Of a stretch of DNA of 64,000 nt, positions 33,432 to 43,287 are shown one piece after another (the first letter of the stretch is position 1; each line of letters opens with the position of its first letter). The notes beneath the pieces were generated by a model. It searched no databases. It saw nothing but the letters and a program-made list of their open reading frames with translations, and was not told where the DNA came from. The DNA comes from an uncultured Catonella sp. GTDB taxonomy: Bacteria; Bacillota; Clostridia; Lachnospirales; Lachnospiraceae. The DNA is taken from NCBI GenBank assembly GCA_916439065.1, contig CAKAGD010000001.1:61778-125777 (forward strand), in the 5' to 3' direction. Position numbers and translations under genes: made by a program.

Positions 33432-33683
33432 ATGAAAAATATAGACATAATATATAAAGGTCAAAGCTTAACTTTAACCAGATTTTGGGGTAACAAAAAG
33501 CTCTGTTTGTGGATTAAAAATCCGAGCCAGAGAGATATGCCTAAAATGGAATTTGTCGGGGGATATCCGGATGAATGGTGTATTTTCATAGAGAATTTGA
33601 CAGAAGAGGAAAAAGGACAGATTATGGATGTGAACGGAGAAGTTTTGGATGTAGAGAGCATATTAGAAAGCGAAGATATATAA
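33432..33683 (+). CDS. Hypothetical protein
   Basis: 83-aa ORF tightly packed between neighbours. Confidence 0.7.
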   Translation: MKNIDIIYKGQSLTLTRFWGNKKLCLWIKNPSQRDMPKMEFVGGYPDEWCIFIENLTEEEKGQIMDVNGEVLDVESILESEDI

Positions 33684-33913
33684 TGAAGATGGAAATAGGG
33701 AAGACTTATATTGTCAAAAAAAGATATTTTTTTGATTTTATAAAAGGAGAAATCGTAGTATTAGAAGATAAAGGTTATCAAGCTTACTATGGTGAGCATA
33801 ATTTCGTTTTTGTTAACGAAGAGAACCAAAGAAAGTGGCTGGTATTGCGAGATAACGAGGGTGATGATAAGAAGGTATATTATAATTTGGAAGAGTATTT
33901 CGAAGAAAAATAA
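33683..33913 (+). CDS. Hypothetical protein
   Basis: TAATG coupling to the upstream gene; MKMEIGKTYIVK. Confidence 0.6.
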   Translation: MKMEIGKTYIVKKRYFFDFIKGEIVVLEDKGYQAYYGEHNFVFVNEENQRKWLVLRDNEGDDKKVYYNLEEYFEEK

Positions 33914-33930
33914 AGATTAGGAGAGTCAAG

Positions 33931-34710
33931 ATGCTCGTTTTAACTGAAAAAGCAAATTGAATATGGATTTGACTATTTTTCATAAAGATGAACCACAGAA
34001 AAAAAGTCAGTAATAGAAGTTTCTGAGTATAATGGTGAGAGTGAACTTATAATAAACTGCACACAGTTAGGTGATAGCTTTACACCTCAGTATAAGAGCG
34101 CAAAAGAGAAAAAGCGTGTATTACAGGAGTGGTGTGACTTTTTAAGGAACAATAAGACGGCCTTTACAGAGCTGTCATTTTGTACAAGGATGCCTCAAGA
34201 ATTATTTGATGCAGTTTGTGAGCAGGAAAATCTAATAAGTCTTGATGTTAAATGGGGTGTATATCCCGACATTTCAAAGCTTGCCAACCTCACTAAGCTT
34301 CGTTACCTGTCTTTAGGTTCAGGTTCAGGTGTAAGCAGTATAGAGCCTATTTCAAAATTAAACAGCTTAGTAGCCCTATCAGTTGAAAATTTCCAAAAAA
34401 TCGTGGATTACAGTCCGTTTGCCATGCTTAAAAACTTGGAGAGTCTTTCTATTTGTGGAGACGGACTTGGACCTAAGTACATTCAGGTAGATTCTCTGGA
34501 CTTTTTAACTCGGATGAAGCAGCTTAGATTCTTTTCTTTTTTAATGGCTAGACTTAAAAGTAAGGACTATACTCCGGTTTTAAGCCTTGAAAATGTGGAA
34601 TATCTAAGCCTTAGACCATGCAAGGAGACAAAAAAACTTTACAATGATATAATTAAACTACCAAGTTAAAATATGGATTAATAGTAAAAAAGCCTGAATT
34701 ATATGTATAA
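33931..34710 (+). CDS. Leucine-rich repeat protein (indels)
   Basis: AGGAG RBS; LANLTKLRYLSL, LKNLESLSI, MKQLRFFSF repeats. Confidence 0.8.
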
Positions 34711-34825
34711 CAAGATGAGCTTGAATAAAACAAAGGATGTAACAAGTGAAATATTTAATATTAGGATGATAATATTAGAACGATAATTACATAGATGTTT
34801 GCAGGCAGATAAAAGGAGACTGATT

Positions 34826-35284
34826 ATGCTTAAAATAGGAGATAAATATTCATTTGAAGTAAGTTACGCTGATAGGCAGAGCTGTCTGATGTTCTTTAAG
34901 GAAGATGATTCCTCGTCTTGGTCATTGGATATTGGCTTTTGCGAAGGAGAATTCGGTGAAGAAAGTGTAGCGCCTGCTATATGCATTAATCCGATAGATA
35001 CAGATAAAAATTCTGTAGAAGAATTAGTGGGAGAAAAATTTGAAGTAACCACTGTAAAAGAGTGCGATGAGAGAGAAGATACATTTTATATTTATGAGTC
35101 CGAGCCAATGGTTTCATACAAGGTAGAAGTGCTTGAAATAAAGGATAGCAAGGCTCATATCAGATGCAGCGGTATAATGATAGTGGATGGGTATTCTGAT
35201 CCTTATGAAGAGGAAAAATTTGAGATAGACTGTCTGGTGCCTATTATTGAATCTGCTAGTGACTGGGCAAAATTTGAGAATTGA
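34826..35284 (+). CDS. Acidic hypothetical protein
   Basis: AAGGAG RBS, intact ORF. Confidence 0.72.
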   Translation: MLKIGDKYSFEVSYADRQSCLMFFKEDDSSSWSLDIGFCEGEFGEESVAPAICINPIDTDKNSVEELVGEKFEVTTVKECDEREDTFYIYESEPMVSYKVEVLEIKDSKAHIRCSGIMIVDGYSDPYEEEKFEIDCLVPIIESASDWAKFEN

Positions 35285-35337
35285 TAGAATTTTTATACTA
35301 TGGTTTAGAAACTGAAAGAACTTAGAAGGGCGGCATT

Positions 35338-35541
35338 ATGAGCAAGTTAAGAGAAAAGACTTTGGTTACAACAAGAGAAGAGGTAACAAGTGAGTATCCG
35401 TTTTATGGTGACCTGCCTATGATATATTTAGGTGAGATAGCCAATATGAAGGAGCATGGAATATTTATAGGCAAATCGGGTAAATGTTATTTTGGGTATC
35501 ATATTTCTAATTTTAGAGAATTAAGCGAAGAAGAAGTATAA
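35338..35541 (+). CDS. Small hypothetical protein
   Basis: 67 aa; YLGEIANMKEHGIF...GYHISNFREL. Confidence 0.65.
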   Translation: MSKLREKTLVTTREEVTSEYPFYGDLPMIYLGEIANMKEHGIFIGKSGKCYFGYHISNFRELSEEEV

Positions 35542-35575
35542 CAATACTAACAGAAAATATTTGAAGGGGGTTATA

Positions 35576-35902
35576 ATGAATAATCAGATAGATTTTGTAC
35601 TTCCTGCTTTATATGATAAGTTTTTATCAGAAATGGGAGAGGATGGAGAATTTAATTTAGAGGATAGCGGTATCACCTTATATTCAAAGGCGGATTTGGT
35701 AGAAAGAAATACTACTTATCAGATAGAAGAATGGGAGCCTGATTACTTTATGATTGGGCAGGATGGTGATTTGGCTTTTTTTATAAAAAAAGATGCTGAT
35801 GATACCATTTACAAGAATGATTTGGGAGCCTTGGGTTCTATCCAAATGGAAATAGCAGCCTCTGATGTGTATGAGTTTATTAAACATTCTAGGAGTAATT
35901 AA
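35576..35902 (+). CDS. SMI1/KNR4 (SUKH) family protein, immunity-type
   Basis: LPALYDKFL, LVERNTTY, YFMIGQDGD. Confidence 0.8.
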   Translation: MNNQIDFVLPALYDKFLSEMGEDGEFNLEDSGITLYSKADLVERNTTYQIEEWEPDYFMIGQDGDLAFFIKKDADDTIYKNDLGALGSIQMEIAASDVYEFIKHSRSN

Positions 35903-35903
35903 C

Positions 35904-37235
35904 ATGGTATATATTGAATCTGAAGTATTGGAACTGAAGGCTAAATTTACTGATACTGTATGTAAAGAAATTGTAGCATTTTTGAATACAAATGGTGGAG
36001 ACATTATTATTGGTATAGATGATAATGGAAGGGTCGTGGGTTTAAATAATATTGATGAAATATCTAAAAAGATATCAGATATAATAACAGATCAAATTGA
36101 ACCCAATCCTCAGTCTATTATAAGTTCAGAAATAAGATATGATGAGGGGAAGATGCTTTTAGTTGTACATGTTCAAAAAGGAGTAAGCCCATTATATTGT
36201 CAGAAAAAATATGGATTTTCATCTGCAGGATGTGTAATGAGAATTGGAACAACTTGCAAAAATATGACATCAGAGCAGATTCATGCCCGTTATGAGAAGA
36301 ATTTTATCAATTCAGATATTATGACAGTCATTCAGGCAAAGTATGGTTCTATATCATTTAAGACATTAAAGATATATTATACAGAGAAAGGTTATCATTT
36401 AGATGATTCTTCTTTTGAAACGAATCTTAATCTTAGGACTCCTAATGGAGAATATAACCTTTTAGCAGAACTATTGTCTGATAAAAACACGATTCCACTT
36501 ATTACTGTGAAGTTTCAAGGAACTGATAAAACATCCGTATCAGAACGAAATGATTATGGAAATCAGTGTTTGCTTTTTAGCTATGAACAAATTAAGAATC
36601 GTGTTGCCGCAGAAAATATATGTGTGGTAGACACAACAGTAAGACCTCGTGTTGATCGGTTTTTATTTGACTTTGATAGTGTGAATGAGGCTATAATCAA
36701 TGCACTTGTGCATAATGATTGGAACAGTTCTCAGCCATTGATTTCTTTTTATAGTAATCGCATTGAAATTTTATCACATGGTGGTCTTCCAAAAGGACAG
36801 ACTAAAGAACTGTTTTTCAAGGGGATCAGTAGGCCGAGAAATGACATGCTGATGCGTATTTTCTTGAATATGAATCTCACAGAGCATACAGGTCATGGAA
36901 TCCCGGTAATTTTATCAAAATATGGTGAAGAAGCCTTTGATATTGGTGATTCCTATGTTATAGTTACTATTCCGTATGACAAGGAGGTACTAAGCATTGC
37001 AGCTAAAAATATAAATGTCGGTACAAATGTCGGTACAAATGTCGGTTTAAATACAACAGAAAAGAGGGTTATTTTCCATTTGCTTGAAAATCCAGATTCT
37101 ACAGCAGATGATATGTCAATTGTCATTGGTGTTACAAAGCGTACTATTGAGAGAACATTGAAGAAATTACAGGAAAAAGGATTGCTTGTGAGAACTGGAG
37201 CCAAGAAGTCAGGGAGTTGGATTGTTATCAAGTAG
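35904..37235 (+). CDS. AlbA_2 (Schlafen-like) + HATPase-like + HTH protein
   Basis: LELK..., AFLNTNGGDIIIGIDD, EAIINALVHND, S.PRN, GHGI, C-terminal HTH. Confidence 0.88.
   Translation: MVYIESEVLELKAKFTDTVCKEIVAFLNTNGGDIIIGIDDNGRVVGLNNIDEISKKISDIITDQIEPNPQSIISSEIRYDEGKMLLVVHVQKGVSPLYCQKKYGFSSAGCVMRIGTTCKNMTSEQIHARYEKNFINSDIMTVIQAKYGSISFKTLKIYYTEKGYHLDDSSFETNLNLRTPNGEYNLLAELLSDKNTIPLITVKFQGTDKTSVSERNDYGNQCLLFSYEQIKNRVAAENICVVDTTVRPRVDRFLFDFDSVNEAIINALVHNDWNSSQPLISFYSNRIEILSHGGLPKGQTKELFFKGISRPRNDMLMRIFLNMNLTEHTGHGIPVILSKYGEEAFDIGDSYVIVTIPYDKEVLSIAAKNINVGTNVGTNVGLNTTEKRVIFHLLENPDSTADDMSIVIGVTKRTIERTLKKLQEKGLLVRTGAKKSGSWIVIK
37013..37046 (+). repeat. 12-bp in-frame tandem repeat (NVGT x ~3)
   Basis: aaatgtcggtac aaatgtcggtac aaatgtcggt. 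Confidence 0.85.
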
Positions 37236-37456
37236 ATAAACTTATAGAATTTACTGTGGATAGATTGTTTGAAGGATATAGAATCTAGATGGTGGTTTGA
37301 TTTTTGTTATTTGGAAGATAACTATGATTATAAAAATGAAGGAGAAAATGCGGAATTACAGCATAAAGTGGAGCGGTGGATTAAAGAAAACTACTGTTGG
37401 ATGAATAGTAAAAATATAAATGCTTTGAAATCATTTGAAACTAAGTGGAGGAAAGA

Positions 37457-37804
37457 ATGGAATTTGACGAAAGCTTGCAGCAATATACTTACAGTTATGA
37501 AGACTTGATTTTTGCCTGGGATGAGGAGCCTACAGAGGAATATATAAATAAGGTGAAAGCTTTAGCAAAGAACTATAAAGATAATTTTGATAGAATAATT
37601 GACTTTATCTTGCCTGACCTTAGGGAAATGTACGGAGATGTAAGTAAAGAAGATGTGAAGAATAATCTTGGGAAACCTATCATAGACTATAATCGGGGAA
37701 CGGTGAGCTATTGTGACCAGACCTTTGATGACTGGCATATATTTGAGTTTGAATTTTTAGATGAAAAATTTGAAAAAATAGAGCATTTTTCAGTTGATGG
37801 TTAA
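37457..37804 (+). CDS. Acidic hypothetical protein, candidate immunity protein
   Basis: GGAGG RBS; ends HFSVDG. Confidence 0.7.
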   Translation: MEFDESLQQYTYSYEDLIFAWDEEPTEEYINKVKALAKNYKDNFDRIIDFILPDLREMYGDVSKEDVKNNLGKPIIDYNRGTVSYCDQTFDDWHIFEFEFLDEKFEKIEHFSVDG

Positions 37805-37825
37805 TAGATTTATCGGAGGAAAGCT

Positions 37826-38677
37826 ATGGAACTACTAGAGTATATGAGAAAAAGAAATAAAATGACAATCTCAGAGTGGGAAGATACTTTTGAGAAAGAA
37901 GAAAGGGAGATTATTATTCTAAGACATGAAGGTGGTGGTGGAAGTCTTAGAAACGGTTTTTGGGACTGGGAGGCTTATTTTTTAGCCTATGTGGACTGTA
38001 AAACAGGTGAACTGCATAAGGAGGAAGGACGGATAGCATTTCCTGTCACAGACACAGAAAATCTGCCATATCAATTTGAAGATGAAACCATTTACAGATT
38101 AAAGGTGCGTGAAAAACTACCTGAGGAAGTTCCTGAGGGTGCATTGCCTAGTAAGAACCATTTTTTAGTTGTAGAAATTCTTGAAAAGGATGCAGTTTGT
38201 CCTGAACTTGAAGAAATACTTACAGAGTATAGAAAACCTGTGGTTTTGAAGGATGATGTCTTGGGAGAGCTTACTTATGATAAGCAGCTTAAAAGCTTTG
38301 AGGGAAACCTGTCTTGGCTTGGTGGCAGGATACATATTTCCTTATATGTTGACAAGGATAATAAGAGAGGTATAACAAAGGCTAAAAAGGCTATAAAAAC
38401 AATGGTTTTGGATCAGGAAAAATGGGATGCGGACCTGCGTAGTTTTGCGGCTCAAAAGCTTACAAAACTTGCCTGTGAATGGGCAGAATCTGATGAAGAA
38501 GCTGCTGAAATTACAGAAGAAAGCTTTGCAAAGAGAATTAGCTTAAGCTTAATATGGGTGACATCGGGAGGTTCATTTACAGCTTATCTTGATGATGATG
38601 ACCTTTTCTTTGGACACAGCATAGCCGTTAATGGAAGCCCTAAGAAGGGGCTATTGTCGGCTGATATTGAGGGATAA
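37826..38677 (+). CDS. DUF2262-domain protein
   Basis: DDVLGELTYDK, ITEESFAKRI, DDDLFFGHSI, ADIEG C-terminus. Confidence 0.8.
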   Translation: MELLEYMRKRNKMTISEWEDTFEKEEREIIILRHEGGGGSLRNGFWDWEAYFLAYVDCKTGELHKEEGRIAFPVTDTENLPYQFEDETIYRLKVREKLPEEVPEGALPSKNHFLVVEILEKDAVCPELEEILTEYRKPVVLKDDVLGELTYDKQLKSFEGNLSWLGGRIHISLYVDKDNKRGITKAKKAIKTMVLDQEKWDADLRSFAAQKLTKLACEWAESDEEAAEITEESFAKRISLSLIWVTSGGSFTAYLDDDDLFFGHSIAVNGSPKKGLLSADIEG

Positions 38678-38714
38678 AACATATACTGATATTTTTGGTA
38701 GTGAAAGGAGAAGA

Positions 38715-39476
38715 ATGGAAAAACAAGCACTTATAAATCAATGGTTACTTGAGCAGGAAATAGCGCATATTAAAGGTTGGGATTTCTCACATATTAGAGG
38801 AAGATATAAAGAAGAGGATGATCTCCCTTGGAATTTTGAAAACATTATAAAATCCTATTTGAATGATACAGATTATTTATTGGACATGGAAACAGGAGGT
38901 GGCGAATTTCTTTTGTCTTTTATGGCAAACGCTAAATATACTGCTGCGATTGAAGGGTATGAACCAAACATCAAAATATGTGAGGACAGACTTCTTCCTT
39001 TAGGAATAGATTTTAAAGCATGTGACGGAGGAGATATTCTTCCTTTTGAAGATAACTACTTTGACATTATTACTAACAGGCATGGTCAATATAACATAAA
39101 CGAAATTAAAAGAACTCTTAAAAGCGGAGGAATATTTCTTACGCAACAAGTCGGTGCAGAAAATGACAGAGAACTTGTAGAACTATTGATAGGTGATGTT
39201 GAAATTCCTTTTCCGGAAGCTTATTTAAGTATTGCAAGACAGAAATTTGCTGATAACGGATTTGACATTGTGGAAGCAGATGAAGTCTACAGACCGATAG
39301 AGTTTTATGATGTAGGTGCACTGGTTTGGTTTGCCAGAATTATTGATTGGGAATTTCCGGGTTTTGAAGTGGAGAAATATCAGGATAACCTTTTTAAAGC
39401 ACAGGAAATTCTTGATAAAGAAGGTGTAATTAAGGGAAAAATTCATAGATATTATTTTGTGGCTAAAAAGAAATAA
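38715..39476 (+). CDS. Class I SAM-dependent methyltransferase
   Basis: GWDFS, LLDMETGGGEFL, LKSGGIFLTQQVG. Confidence 0.88.
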   Translation: MEKQALINQWLLEQEIAHIKGWDFSHIRGRYKEEDDLPWNFENIIKSYLNDTDYLLDMETGGGEFLLSFMANAKYTAAIEGYEPNIKICEDRLLPLGIDFKACDGGDILPFEDNYFDIITNRHGQYNINEIKRTLKSGGIFLTQQVGAENDRELVELLIGDVEIPFPEAYLSIARQKFADNGFDIVEADEVYRPIEFYDVGALVWFARIIDWEFPGFEVEKYQDNLFKAQEILDKEGVIKGKIHRYYFVAKKK

Positions 39477-39477
39477 T

Positions 39478-39872
39478 AAATTCTAATTTGTAGGGCTGAT
39501 GTGTTGTTAACTTACTAAGTCACGCCTTCACTAATAAATGTCCAGACTCGCTACGGTTTTTCTGTAAGATGCTATTGTAATATGGCTTTGTTGACGAAAA
39601 ACCTGATGCGCTCGCTTAGGCATTATTAGTTCCGGCTGTTTGATTGATAAGTCGGTACAAACAAACACATCAGCCACATGGGGCAGGTGGGGGTGGCTGT
39701 CTTTCATTTGGTATTCTAGTTATTATTTGTATAAATCTATGGCGTCAGCTACAAATGATAAATTCTAAGCGAGCGCATTAGGCGGAGCGAAGCGGATGCC
39801 GGAGCGAGTCTGAAATGTTATCATTCGGAGCGTCACTTAGGTTAGTTTATATAACTCAACAAATTAGAATTT
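39478..39872 (-). repeat. Modular palindromic element, copy 6 (395 bp, inverted relative to copies 1-5)
   Basis: Begins aaattctaatttgtagggctgatgtgttg, the reverse complement of the right end of copy 3; ends acaaattagaattt. Confidence 0.92.
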
Positions 39873-39963
39873 GTAGAAATGATGAGAAGTATGGTTGTTG
39901 ATAGTGGCCTTAGTTTGGAAAGAGCTGGTAGGAGTATATTAAATAAAAGACAAGGAGGACGCA

Positions 39964-40401
39964 ATGGAAGAATTTATAGTAGCAGAGGAGGGCATTCCTT
40001 ACAATATAGGCTGTGAAGGGGCAACGATAGCATATTATGGAAGTGAAATAGAATTTCACTATGAAACTGTGCCGCCACATGGAGATGAAATATTTTCTGC
40101 AAAATTGCCACTACTTAATGTTAAGCTTCCATTTTGGATGTATGGGAGAAATCTTATATTTTTGGACGCCTATTATATGCTCGCAGAAACTGTAGAGAAT
40201 GGTACTTGGGATCCTATAACGAGCAGGCTCATCAACATACATACGGGAGAATATGTGGGCCTTGGCGATTGGTATAATAATGTGGAAGTTAAAGAAAATG
40301 AAGTTGAATTAAAAAATGATTATGACGGAAAATCTATGGTTTTAAGGGATGTTAAGGGACTTGATTGGATTTATATAAATAAGGAGAAGAATAATGGCTA
40401 A
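39964..40401 (+). CDS. Hypothetical protein
   Basis: AGGAGG RBS; intact; overlaps next start. Confidence 0.72.
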   Translation: MEEFIVAEEGIPYNIGCEGATIAYYGSEIEFHYETVPPHGDEIFSAKLPLLNVKLPFWMYGRNLIFLDAYYMLAETVENGTWDPITSRLINIHTGEYVGLGDWYNNVEVKENEVELKNDYDGKSMVLRDVKGLDWIYINKEKNNG

Positions 40402-41458
40402 GAAAAGAGTTACCCTGCCTAAAAATTTTGATGAGCTTATTAAGTCTGGAGATATTGAAGCACTTAAAGCAGTCTATGACAAATGTGAGCTTACTGCCTA
40501 TGATGGAAAATTCGGTCTGCATACTGCACTTCATTACAAGGGTGTGCCTGACGAGCTTGTTATCTGGCTCGTTAAGCAGAGTCTTGATGTAAATATACCT
40601 GACTATTATGGCGGCACACCTTTGTACAGTCAGGCAACCTTTGGCATGGATACAGTGAAACTGCTTTATGAGCTGGGAGGAGATATACAAAAGCCAGATA
40701 GATATGGAAATACGCCGCTTCATATGGCAGCAGAGTATTTCCGCCCTAATACAGTACGCTTTTTGATTGAAAAGGGTGCAGATGTCAATGCTAAAAATGA
40801 AAGAGGCGAAACTCCTCTACTAGCGGCTCTTACAGTGTGCGGAGGAATAAGGGCAGTGCCTATGGCCCAAATAGCAGAAATGTTAATAAAGGCAGGTGTA
40901 GAAATTACGCCTGAGATGGCAGAAAAAGTAGAAATAATCGGTAAGGATTTTGAATTCCATAGGGATAACTTTAGTGAAGCTTCCTGTGAAGAGGTAGATA
41001 CAGCCCTGTCAAAGCTCTACAATATCTTTGGTGCAAAGCCTGTGGCAAAAAGAATAATACATGACGGCGTTTCTCCTATTCTTGTAAAGGGGAGCACTTG
41101 GAAAGAGCAGTATAATGAGCTTTGGGATTTACTAATTCCATCTACAGGAGCCGCAAAAACGGTGCAGGGAGAGGTTATCCGCATAACAGGCAGGGTGGAC
41201 GATGAAATTAATAGAAACGGTGGAATAAACTGGGATAGGAGTTATAGAAATATGCTAAATTCGCTGCCGGTTCATTTTGCAGAAGGAAATTCGCTGTCAG
41301 AGAAGGAGATAGAAGAGAGTAAGGTGCTTATTTCAAAGATAGATGGAAAAGGTTTGGCTGAGGATGGTGTAATTACAAGATTATGCGAGCTTGCAGTTAG
41401 TTGGGTAATCTTAAACCCTAACCCAATTCCGCTAGGCGAAATAAATTATAACAGATAA
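40394..41458 (+). CDS. Ankyrin repeat protein
   Basis: GGTPLY, GNTPLHMAA, GADVNAKNERGETPL; C-terminal TVQGEVIR...NGGINWD. Confidence 0.9.
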   Translation: MAKKRVTLPKNFDELIKSGDIEALKAVYDKCELTAYDGKFGLHTALHYKGVPDELVIWLVKQSLDVNIPDYYGGTPLYSQATFGMDTVKLLYELGGDIQKPDRYGNTPLHMAAEYFRPNTVRFLIEKGADVNAKNERGETPLLAALTVCGGIRAVPMAQIAEMLIKAGVEITPEMAEKVEIIGKDFEFHRDNFSEASCEEVDTALSKLYNIFGAKPVAKRIIHDGVSPILVKGSTWKEQYNELWDLLIPSTGAAKTVQGEVIRITGRVDDEINRNGGINWDRSYRNMLNSLPVHFAEGNSLSEKEIEESKVLISKIDGKGLAEDGVITRLCELAVSWVILNPNPIPLGEINYNR

Positions 41459-41477
41459 TAATCACAGGAGATTGCAG

Positions 41478-42552
41478 ATGATTACAATAAAAGACATAGG
41501 AGATTTTGAATCTGTTCCCGGGATTGTAAGTGATATTATAAACGGAGATACATTAGCTTTAGATAAGCATTTATCAGAGGGCTTTGATATAGAAGAGGAC
41601 ATAAAGCTTGGCAAATATACAAGACTCTCCCCTTTAGACCTGGCCCTGATTATGGAAAGCTTTGACTCTGTAAAATGGTTTGTGGAAAAGGGAGCAAATC
41701 TGAATGTAAAAGGTAATCCTTCATTCTTACTTGCAGTGAGGTACTGCGATGAAGAGGTTATCAGGTATCTTGTGGATTCTGGAGCAAAGGTAGACGGTGT
41801 CAATAATGTAAAGTCAGAGGCCTTTAGTCAGGCTTTATATGGGCATAAATATGAGAATCTTCCTCTTATTCACGAGCTTGGCCACAGTGTAGAGAAGTAC
41901 GGTGGAGAGGCATTTCGTAGTGCTGTAGATGATGGGAATTATGAGGTGCTTGATTTTTTCATTAAAAACGGAGTTGATATTAACTACAATGCCCCTGACT
42001 CAGTCTATCCGTTTAAGCCTACTCCGCTTTGTGTGGCTGCCAGATATGTGGACCTTAAAATGTGTAAATATCTTGTAGAAAATGGTGCAGATGTGACGAT
42101 TACAGAAAAAGACGGAATGCGTCCTTACAGCATAGCAGTCGAAAGGCGATGAGGAAATGGCAGAGTATTTTAAGCAGTTAGAGCCTGAAGAGTTTCATAG
42201 CCTACATAATAAATTAGATGAGCTTAAGCCATTTAAGCTTCCTAAGGCAGTTATGGATTTTCTTCAAGGTGATGAATTACATGTTGAACTTAATGATTGT
42301 GACTTTAAGTGGATTGAGTTTTTCTCTCTGACGGATACGATACCGATGAAGAAAGGCAGAGCCAGGTTTCTTCGTATATCAAAGGCTACAGGAGATTACG
42401 ATCATATTTACATAGTGTGGAATCCAAAGAGCAAGAAGGTGGCTTTTTATGACATGGAACATGAGGAAATGAAGGATATGTGCGGTTTCTTAGAATTTAT
42501 AAATGACATGTCATTATATATGCAAAACATAGTTGAGGGAGAATACGAATAA
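41478..42552 (+). CDS. Ankyrin repeat protein with C-terminal SMI1-like region (one indel near 42145)
   Basis: SPLDLAL, TPLCVAA, GADVT; downstream KLPKAVMDFL...YDMEHEE. Confidence 0.82.
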
Positions 42553-42571
42553 ATATTACAAGGGTGAAACT

Positions 42572-43159
42572 ATGAAGATAGATGATAAATTAAAAAAGAT
42601 AGCAGACTACATTTACGAGAATTTTGAGGATTTGGATATGGACGATCCTGTAGAAGAGGGTTATATAGATGATTATGTAGAAATCTGTGGCGCAACAGAG
42701 GAAGAGATAAAGAACTTTGAGGAGAAGTTTGGCATAACTCTTCCTGAGGATGTGAAAGAGCTTTATAGGTATAAAAATGGAAGTAAGTTTTTTAGCATCC
42801 TTCCTTGTGTCATTGATAAAAGGGATATGGCCTTCAACCTTATGAGCCTTCAGGCGATGGAGAAGTCAAAGGGATATTTCCAAAATAAGGATGCACTTTT
42901 AACAGATTTTCCTGATTATTTTACTAACGAAGATATTGAGGGAATGAAGGATGAGAGGATAAAACCCTACCTTTTCAATAAAAAATGGTTTCCTTTTGCA
43001 GAGTACTGTGACAGCTGCTACCTGATGCTTGACTTTGACCCGGGTAAAGAGGGGAAGGAAGGGCAGATTATCTGCTACATCCATGATCCTGATGAAGTCA
43101 TATATGCGGCAGAAAGCCTTACAGAGCTGGTTGATGGGATAATAGAGGAAATTGAATAA
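42572..43159 (+). CDS. SMI1/KNR4 family protein, immunity-type
   Basis: GATEEEIKNFEEKFGITLPEDVKELYRYKNG, WFPFA, LDFDPG..G..GQII. Confidence 0.93.
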   Translation: MKIDDKLKKIADYIYENFEDLDMDDPVEEGYIDDYVEICGATEEEIKNFEEKFGITLPEDVKELYRYKNGSKFFSILPCVIDKRDMAFNLMSLQAMEKSKGYFQNKDALLTDFPDYFTNEDIEGMKDERIKPYLFNKKWFPFAEYCDSCYLMLDFDPGKEGKEGQIICYIHDPDEVIYAAESLTELVDGIIEEIE

Positions 43160-43287
43160 TCATACTGATATGAATATATGTTGGATTTAATTAAGAAAAT
43201 CAAGCAAAAGAGTATTTAATATTTTAGGCGGCTAACACAAATTTTGTGCTAGCAGTCTATGTAAATTATTTGATAATGAGGTAAGTT

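Noticed and set aside
37269..37508. 79-aa ORF overlapping the 37457 gene
   Set aside because: TTG start with no clear RBS and an overlap with a better-supported gene; may be a remnant but cannot be assigned
12515..39872. Repeats as a CRISPR array
   Set aside because: No regularly spaced 25-45 bp repeats with unique spacers; no cas genes
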